Source: an uncultured Flavobacteriales bacterium
GTDB taxonomy: Bacteria; Bacteroidota; Bacteroidia; Flavobacteriales_G; Salibacteraceae
Direction: 5' to 3'
Length of the DNA: 20,891 nt
Assembly: GCA_913045895.1 (NCBI GenBank)
Contig: CAJWSQ010000021.1
Span: 1 to 20,891 of the forward strand
Below, piece after piece: positions 15,197 through 20,891 of the stretch (its first letter is position 1; each line of letters opens with the position of its first letter). A program made the translations under genes and the position numbers. A model generated the notes under the pieces. That model saw nothing but the letters and a program-made list of their open reading frames with translations, was not told where the DNA came from and did not search any database.

Positions 15197-17101
15197 ATGA
15201 AAAAAGCTTTACTCAGTTTAGCCTTGGCTACTGGCGCTATGTTTAGCGCAAAAGCACAAACTATTATTTACGTTGATGCAGATGCAACAGGAAGCAACAA
15301 CGGTTCTACATGGGCAAGTGCCTACACCAATTTAGCAAATGCACTAGATAATAACGGTGTTACAGGTGCACAGATTTGGATTGCTGAAGGAACCTACACT
15401 CCTTATTATTCTAACTCCTCTTTCAATATTAGACATGGCGAAAAACTATATGGTGGTTTTAACGGTACTGAAACTTCGATTTCGCAAAGAAATCCAGCAC
15501 AAAACATAACCATCTTAAGTGGTGATGTTTACGATGACGATTCTTTAGGCAATTACTATAACAATGCTAAAAGAATTATTAATGTAGATCCATATGACCC
15601 AAATAACACATTGAATGGTGAAGAAGTGGTTCTATTAGATGGGCTTACTATTTCAGACGCTTACAGTACAAGTACTGCTGGAGGTGGGCTTGGAACTGAT
15701 TATCCCGGAGTATACCAAAAGGGTATTAGAATTTACAACTGCATCTTCGAAAACAACACCAATCGTTATCAGTCTGCGTTTAACTTCTATACGAGTTATG
15801 CTGATCCGGTTCTTGAAGTTTCGAATTCAATCTTCAGAAACAATCATGCATTAGAAGCATACACAGTAGAGTTTAGAGTTACTAACACTACCGGAGTTGA
15901 GTATCATGCAACATTCACAAACAACCTATTCGAAAACAATACAACAGTTGACTCTGTAACCGCAGGCGGTGGTGTAGCAGGTAGATTTGCAAACTTCTCT
16001 TTTACTACGTTTGAAATTCAATTGACCAACAACACATTCATTGGAAACAGCAACAATAATGGCAACTTCAATAAATGTCTATTTGTTTCAGAAAAAGGTA
16101 GTTCTGCAAATGCCGATATCATCATGGATTTCGACAACAACCTGTTTTATGACAATGTCAATTTACACAACATTGTAATGGACAATAACGCTATCTGGAC
16201 CACCAAATACATTGGTGCAAATTGTAAGAATAACGGTGGCGACTGGAACCAATTAAACAGCTTTGTTGGAAGCCTTATTAGTCCGAATGATCCTTTTGAA
16301 GATTACGCTGCAGGCGACTTAAGACCAACAACAAGTTACTCTACACAAGGTGATACAGCTTCTTATCTTTCTACTTGGACAGATTACGATTTAGCGGGCG
16401 AAGACCGTATGGATTATGTAAATGGCACAATCGCTGTTGGAGCTTACCAAAGAGGTGTAGTTTGCCAAAATACAACTGCAACCATCAATGCTGAAGTATG
16501 TGAATATTATGAATCTCCGAGCGGTGATGAAGACTGGACAGTTTCCGGAACTTATGTAGATACTATTCCTAATTCGTGTGGCATGGATAGCATCATTACG
16601 GTAAATCTCACCGTGATAGTTGACTGGGGAGTTACCATTTCAAACAATGGAACCACACTTACCGCGAATCAGGACAATGCCACTTACCAATGGTACAGCT
16701 GCAACGAGCCTAAAGGGCCTGTAGATAGCGCTACAAGCCAATCATTTACGCCAACCACTCCGGGTATTTATGCTGTGGAAATCACTTTTGACAGTTGCGA
16801 AGTTTTTTCAGATTGCTTTGAAGTTGACAGCGTTGCAGCTCCTTTAGGAATTTCAGATGTAAGTTCAGCAGCTAACTTTCACATTTATCCTAATCCGGCA
16901 AATGACATCATCACCGTAAAACACGAGTTGAATAGCAACATTCAAGTTTCTATTTACACGTTAACTGGAGCACAAGTATCAAACACCATTGTTTCAGGTA
17001 ACTCTAACACAATTGATGTTTCTACTCTACCTGCTGGTTACTACATTTTGAAAGCAAAATCTGGTGATTTAGAACACGTAGAAAAACTCATTATTCAATA
17101 A
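15197..17101 (+). CDS. Secreted T9SS cargo protein, paralog 2 (634 aa from the ATG at 15197; an alternative ATG is at 15182). It has a signal peptide, the beta-helix-family N-terminal motif, a Cys-containing middle module and the T9SS C-terminal domain.
   Basis: Start MKKALLSLALATGAMFSAKAQ, homologous to the MKRILLSL starts of the other paralogs. The ORF-track start at 15131 is a TTG inside the promoter cassette. Motif IIYVDADATGSNNGSTWASAYTNLANAL...IWIAEGTYTP...YGGFNGTET. C-terminal domain FHIYPNPANDIITVKHEL...YYILKAKSGDLEHVEKLIIQ. Confidence 0.8.
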   Translation: MKKALLSLALATGAMFSAKAQTIIYVDADATGSNNGSTWASAYTNLANALDNNGVTGAQIWIAEGTYTPYYSNSSFNIRHGEKLYGGFNGTETSISQRNPAQNITILSGDVYDDDSLGNYYNNAKRIINVDPYDPNNTLNGEEVVLLDGLTISDAYSTSTAGGGLGTDYPGVYQKGIRIYNCIFENNTNRYQSAFNFYTSYADPVLEVSNSIFRNNHALEAYTVEFRVTNTTGVEYHATFTNNLFENNTTVDSVTAGGGVAGRFANFSFTTFEIQLTNNTFIGNSNNNGNFNKCLFVSEKGSSANADIIMDFDNNLFYDNVNLHNIVMDNNAIWTTKYIGANCKNNGGDWNQLNSFVGSLISPNDPFEDYAAGDLRPTTSYSTQGDTASYLSTWTDYDLAGEDRMDYVNGTIAVGAYQRGVVCQNTTATINAEVCEYYESPSGDEDWTVSGTYVDTIPNSCGMDSIITVNLTVIVDWGVTISNNGTTLTANQDNATYQWYSCNEPKGPVDSATSQSFTPTTPGIYAVEITFDSCEVFSDCFEVDSVAAPLGISDVSSAANFHIYPNPANDIITVKHELNSNIQVSIYTLTGAQVSNTIVSGNSNTIDVSTLPAGYYILKAKSGDLEHVEKLIIQ

Positions 17102-17133
17102 CCCACAAACTATTTATGTTTGAATAATCAGAG

Positions 17134-17170
17134 GCTCGATACTGAAAAGTATCGGGCTTTTGTGTTTTGT
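17134..17170 (+). terminator. Rho-independent terminator: GCTCGATACT-gaaa-AGTATCGGGC followed by TTTTGTGTTTTG.
   Basis: A 10-bp stem (one G-U pair), a 4-nt loop and a T-rich tract immediately after the stop codon of paralog 2. Confidence 0.65.
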
Positions 17171-17178
17171 AGAAATGC

Positions 17179-17210
17179 ACTTCCTCAAATAATAATTACA
17201 CTTCCTCAAA
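17179..17210 (+). promoter_or_regulatory. Third instance of the ACTTCCTCAAA direct-repeat pair (cores 17179-17189 and 17200-17210, 21 bp apart), with a TACGTTTG -7 box at 17239-17246.
   Basis: Identical architecture to the two upstream cassettes. The conserved downstream stretch is CGTTTGCGnCATCTTATTCAAACAAACAACATTAA. Confidence 0.55.
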
Positions 17211-17294
17211 GCTATTTCGCAGCGCGTGTTTGAGCCTCTACGTTTGCGCCATCTTATTCAAACAAACAACATTAACACTAAGAAAAAAAGGAAC

Positions 17295-19169
17295 ATGAAA
17301 CGAATTTTACTCAGCTTAGTATTATTGGCAACAAACTTTGTTGCAGCTAATGCGCAAACTGTAATTTACGTTGATGCAGATGCAACTGGAAACAACGATG
17401 GATCTTCATGGGCAAATGCATACACCAGTCCAAAAACAGCTTTAGATAGCAATACAGTTATCGGTGCAGAGGTTTGGATTGCTGAAGGCACGTATACACC
17501 GCCCGGAATTAATGATTATTTTATACTTCGCTTAGGTGAAAAATTATATGGTGGTTTTGATGGTACAGAAACAACTAGAGATCAAAGAGATCCTGAAGCG
17601 CATGTAACCATTCTAAGTGGTGATATTGATGGTGATGATGCTAGCGGAAATTACAGTAACAACGCCTATAAACTTGTTTATGTAGAAACAAATACACCGG
17701 GAGTTCCAGATGAAGTATTAATTGTAGACGGAATTACTTTTTATGGTGCTTACAGTACTTGGGGATCTGGTGCTGCTTTTGGAGCTAATCAAGGTATTAT
17801 TGGTAGCAAAGAACTTCGCATCAACAATTGCACATTTGACCAAAACGTTTGCTATTATGCCCCTGCTTTCAATTTTAGATCTGCTGCAGATTCTCAATTG
17901 GTAACTGTTACAAATTGCATTTTCAGCAACAATAGATACTTAACTGGCTATGTTTTTGAACTAGTAGTGGCAACTCAAACAAGTGGTTCAAAACAGGCTA
18001 TAATCGCCAATAATCTATTCATAGATAATTACAAATTTTCTACTTCAACATTCAACAGCGTTGCATTTATTGATATTAACACACCTAGCACATATTCTGT
18101 GCAATTCACCAACAACACTTTTGTAATTGATTCAACTGTTGCCAATGGATCAACCATGCCTGGAATCATAAAAGTGCGAAGTAGTCAAGTTAATGGTGAT
18201 GTAGTTTTGGATTTTGATAACAACCTTTTCTACACGGCTGATAGTACCAACTTTACCTTGGTGCAAGATATTGGATCATTTCCTTCTACGTCATATACCA
18301 ACAGCAGTAACACAAACAACGGTGGTAACTGGTCTGGTTTAAGTGTATTAAGTAATAGTGTAATTGATACGGTAAATTCTCCGTTTTTAGATTTCGCTAA
18401 TGGTGATTACAGACCAACAACTACTTACAATATACAAGGAGATGTAAACTCATACGACACCAACTGGTCTGCATTTGATTTAGCAGGCGAAAGTAGAGTA
18501 AACCCATACAGTGGTTCAATTGCAATTGGTGCCTACGAATATGTTTCATGTATGCCAACATCAGCTACAATCCTTCAAGTAGCTTGTTTGGAATATACTT
18601 CACCAAGTGGAAAAGTTTGGAATGCTACAGGAACTTATTTTGACACCATTCAAAATGCTTGTGGGTTAGACAGTCTAATGAGATTCGAAATCTTGATTGC
18701 ACTTAACCCTACTGTAACTGTTGCACCAAGCGGTACAGTATTGATGGCAAATCAAGGTTTAGCAACTTACCAATGGTATGACTGCGCAACCAATCAACCT
18801 ATTTCAGGAGCTACAGACCAAACATTTCAACCAACCCAAACAGGCGATTATGCTGTAGAAGTAACCTTAGATAGCTGCACAGCTCTTTCTGATTGTCACA
18901 ATGTAGTGGTTACAGGAGTAAATGATTTGAAGAAAGCCTCTAACTTGAATATCTATCCCAACCCTGCCGATAACATCATTACCGTAAAACATGAATTATC
19001 TAGCAACCTTGAAGTTTCTATTTATACAGTGACTGGAGCTCAAGTTTCAAGCACTATCGTTTCAGGCAACACAAACACCATTGATGTTTCTGCTCTACCT
19101 GCAGGTTATTACATATTAAAAGCTAAAGCAGGAAATTTAGAACACGTTGAAAAACTGATTATTCAATAG
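17295..19169 (+). CDS. Secreted T9SS cargo protein, paralog 3 (624 aa from the ATG at 17295). It has the same N-terminal beta-helix-family motif, Cys-containing module and T9SS C-terminal domain.
   Basis: Start MKRILLSLVLLATNFVAANAQ. Motif VIYVDADATGNNDGSSWANAYTSPKTAL...VWIAEGTYTP...YGGFDGTETTRDQR. It shares CxEYxSPSG..W..SGTYxDTIxNxCGxDS and ATYQWYxC...G.YAVE.T.DSC..SDC modules with paralog 2. C-terminal domain LNIYPNPADNIITVKHEL... Confidence 0.8.
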   Translation: MKRILLSLVLLATNFVAANAQTVIYVDADATGNNDGSSWANAYTSPKTALDSNTVIGAEVWIAEGTYTPPGINDYFILRLGEKLYGGFDGTETTRDQRDPEAHVTILSGDIDGDDASGNYSNNAYKLVYVETNTPGVPDEVLIVDGITFYGAYSTWGSGAAFGANQGIIGSKELRINNCTFDQNVCYYAPAFNFRSAADSQLVTVTNCIFSNNRYLTGYVFELVVATQTSGSKQAIIANNLFIDNYKFSTSTFNSVAFIDINTPSTYSVQFTNNTFVIDSTVANGSTMPGIIKVRSSQVNGDVVLDFDNNLFYTADSTNFTLVQDIGSFPSTSYTNSSNTNNGGNWSGLSVLSNSVIDTVNSPFLDFANGDYRPTTTYNIQGDVNSYDTNWSAFDLAGESRVNPYSGSIAIGAYEYVSCMPTSATILQVACLEYTSPSGKVWNATGTYFDTIQNACGLDSLMRFEILIALNPTVTVAPSGTVLMANQGLATYQWYDCATNQPISGATDQTFQPTQTGDYAVEVTLDSCTALSDCHNVVVTGVNDLKKASNLNIYPNPADNIITVKHELSSNLEVSIYTVTGAQVSSTIVSGNTNTIDVSALPAGYYILKAKAGNLEHVEKLIIQ

Positions 19170-19202
19170 TTACAATATCCAATTTCATGTTTATCATAAA
19201 AA

Positions 19203-19238
19203 GCTCGGTATCAACAGATATCGGGCTTTTGTGTTTTT
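19203..19238 (+). terminator. Rho-independent terminator: GCTCGGTATC-aaca-GATATCGGGC followed by TTTTGTGTTTTT.
   Basis: A 10-bp stem (two G-U pairs) and a T-tract directly after paralog 3. Confidence 0.6.
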
Positions 19239-19319
19239 AAAAAAGGCATCCAACTTATGTATTAACCAACTTTTACTACCTCATTTTGCGTCTCATTAAA
19301 AAACTAACAATAATCCAAA

Positions 19320-20789
19320 ATGAGAAAAATTTTACTCTTAGTCTTTTCTGTATGTTCAATTGCGCAGGCACAAGTTTTTAATTGGAGTTCAGAAGTAGAC
19401 CCATCGTACAACAATGTTTCTGTTCACACGACTTCGCCATCAGGTGAAGTATACCTTAGTAAGCACACCAAAAACCCTTCTCCATCGTATTACGGAACAA
19501 ACGACATAGTTAAATACGATACTGCTGGAAATGAACAATGGCAATATTCTATTGGTGGAAATGCTCGGGTTCAAACCATGTTGTATCATGAAGGTACTCT
19601 TTTTTTTAGCGGAGTTTTTAGAGATTCTTTAAGATTCAACGATTCCTTAATCACCATCTCATCATTTCTTGATTTAAGCTTTATTGTATCAATTGATAGC
19701 GATGGCAACTTCAATTGGTTAACCACTCCATGGACAACAAAACGAGCTATCTATAATCTCAAGCAATATGACCAAACGCTTTATGCTGTTACAATTGGAT
19801 CTGGCTGGGGGTCAGAATCAATCGCTGAATTTGACTTAAACGGTAATTTACAGAATGAAGAAACTTTTAGTGGTGCCGTATCCATTTCAGATTTTGTTTT
19901 TGATGATTCAGATAATATCTACATCAGTGGCTACTGCAATTCGGGCGCTACTTTTGGTAATCTAACCATTCCTAATACAGGGTCTAGTTACAATTCATTT
20001 ATTCTAAAAACAGATGCCAATTTCAATCCTATTTGGTTAGATGCTGGTCCGCATATCACGTTCGATTTTGAGCCTAAAGTCTACATGGTTGATGATACAC
20101 TTTATTATTTCCATGCCCGTAAAACACCAACTCACGGAGCAACTCCATACATCTTTAAATATACTCAACAAGGTGATTTAGCTGATTCTATCTCATTCAG
20201 AAATTCTTGGTCACCGTATTATGAACATGGATGGACAAAACATAATGGTGAAGACGTTATCGTTATGCTAGAGCTCAAAATTGCAGCTGAATTTGGTGGT
20301 TTTCCGCTCTACTTTTTAGATAAAAACCTATCCATACTCAGAGCTGATACGTTAAGCAGTCTACATATATCTTACACTCATTTTAGTGCATCTGATGAAG
20401 CTATTTGCATTACTGGCAAAGCCAATTACGGTATCACATATAATAGTGACACGCTGCTTTCATTTAATGGTGGAGATGGAAATGGTATCATTCACTTCAG
20501 CTACGACCAAGACACTACAGGGAATCACTTAAGCACTGAACTAATCTCAAGCAACGATTTACCTGTTCGTCTTTACCCCAATCCAGCCGATGATATCATT
20601 ACTATTCAACATGAGCTATCAAGCAACCTAGAGGTTTCGATATACACAGTAACTGGAGCTCAGGTTTCAAGCACCATTATTTCAGGAAACTCAAAAACCA
20701 TTGATGTTTCTACTCTACCGGCCGGTTATTACATTTTAAAAGCTAAGGCAGGCGATTTAGAACACGTTGAAAAACTGATTATTCAATAA
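19320..20789 (+). CDS. Secreted T9SS cargo protein (489 aa) with a signal peptide, a repetitive beta-propeller-like (SBBP-like) body and the T9SS C-terminal domain. It is unrelated in its body to the three upstream paralogs.
   Basis: Signal peptide MRKILLLVFSVCSIAQAQ. A repeated motif (..DxxGNxxW..; SDNIYISGYCNSGATFGNLTI) suggests beta-propeller blades. The C-terminal domain LYPNPADDIITIQHELSSNLEVSIYTVTGAQVSS...YYILKAKAGDLEHVEKLIIQ is nearly identical to that of paralog 3. Confidence 0.75.
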   Translation: MRKILLLVFSVCSIAQAQVFNWSSEVDPSYNNVSVHTTSPSGEVYLSKHTKNPSPSYYGTNDIVKYDTAGNEQWQYSIGGNARVQTMLYHEGTLFFSGVFRDSLRFNDSLITISSFLDLSFIVSIDSDGNFNWLTTPWTTKRAIYNLKQYDQTLYAVTIGSGWGSESIAEFDLNGNLQNEETFSGAVSISDFVFDDSDNIYISGYCNSGATFGNLTIPNTGSSYNSFILKTDANFNPIWLDAGPHITFDFEPKVYMVDDTLYYFHARKTPTHGATPYIFKYTQQGDLADSISFRNSWSPYYEHGWTKHNGEDVIVMLELKIAAEFGGFPLYFLDKNLSILRADTLSSLHISYTHFSASDEAICITGKANYGITYNSDTLLSFNGGDGNGIIHFSYDQDTTGNHLSTELISSNDLPVRLYPNPADDIITIQHELSSNLEVSIYTVTGAQVSSTIISGNSKTIDVSTLPAGYYILKAKAGDLEHVEKLIIQ

Positions 20790-20810
20790 TCCTATTATAC
20801 AATTCATGTA

Positions 20811-20845
20811 AGGCTTGATATCACTTGATGTCAGGCCTTTTATTT
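20811..20845 (+). terminator. Rho-independent terminator: AGGCTTGATATCA ... TGATGTCAGGCCT stem followed by TTTTATTTTT.
   Basis: A ~12-13-bp stem with two G-U pairs directly after the stop at 20789, followed by a T-tract. Confidence 0.55.
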
Positions 20846-20891
20846 TTACTGAGAATTAGAAAAGGTGATTACATTGTTGTTATCAAAATGT

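Noticed and set aside
1-20891. Searched for CRISPR arrays, tRNA/rRNA genes, IS-element inverted repeats and integrase or transposase genes.
   Set aside because: No regularly spaced short repeats, no tRNA-like cloverleaf candidates noticed, no transposase- or integrase-like ORFs, and no terminal inverted repeats flanking any block. The only repeats are the gene-duplication repeats described above.

Overview
AT-rich window, almost certainly from a Bacteroidota (Flavobacteriia-like) genome. The evidence is four secreted proteins ending in the T9SS Por-secretion C-terminal sorting domain, and intergenic -7 boxes matching the Bacteroidetes sigma-A consensus TAnnTTTG. There are two gene blocks.

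Minus strand, 6629 down to 1: a tightly packed five-gene putative membrane-stress operon. In order it encodes a YbjN-like protein, PspA/IM30, an NfeD-like membrane protein, a giant flotillin/SPFH protein with an EA-rich coiled coil, and a large uncharacterised globular plus coiled-coil protein. That last ORF runs off the window edge and is missing from the supplied ORF track.

Plus strand, 6828 to 20789:
- An XRE-HTH/S24-peptidase (CI/LexA-like, presumably self-cleaving) repressor, translationally coupled to a single-HKD phospholipase-D-family nuclease. A 13-bp direct repeat sits inside its promoter.
- Two tandem paralogous sensor histidine kinases with periplasmic TPR domains (LytS/His_kinase type). 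They share a near-identical 0.9-kb transmitter half and have divergent sensor domains.
- A LytTR-family response regulator.
- Four T9SS cargo genes. The first three are beta-helix paralogs. Each is preceded by a duplicated terminator / activator-site / promoter cassette that carries two ACTTCCTCAAA direct repeats exactly 21 bp apart, the classic LytTR binding architecture. The fourth lacks these sites.

The most interesting hypothesis is a self-contained signalling-to-secretion module: two TPR sensors feed one LytTR regulator, which drives direct-repeat promoters of the T9SS beta-helix adhesin-like paralogs. Second is a possible damage-inducible XRE-S24/PLD-nuclease pair. All functional assignments rest on motifs read by eye from the translations. 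No database search was possible.
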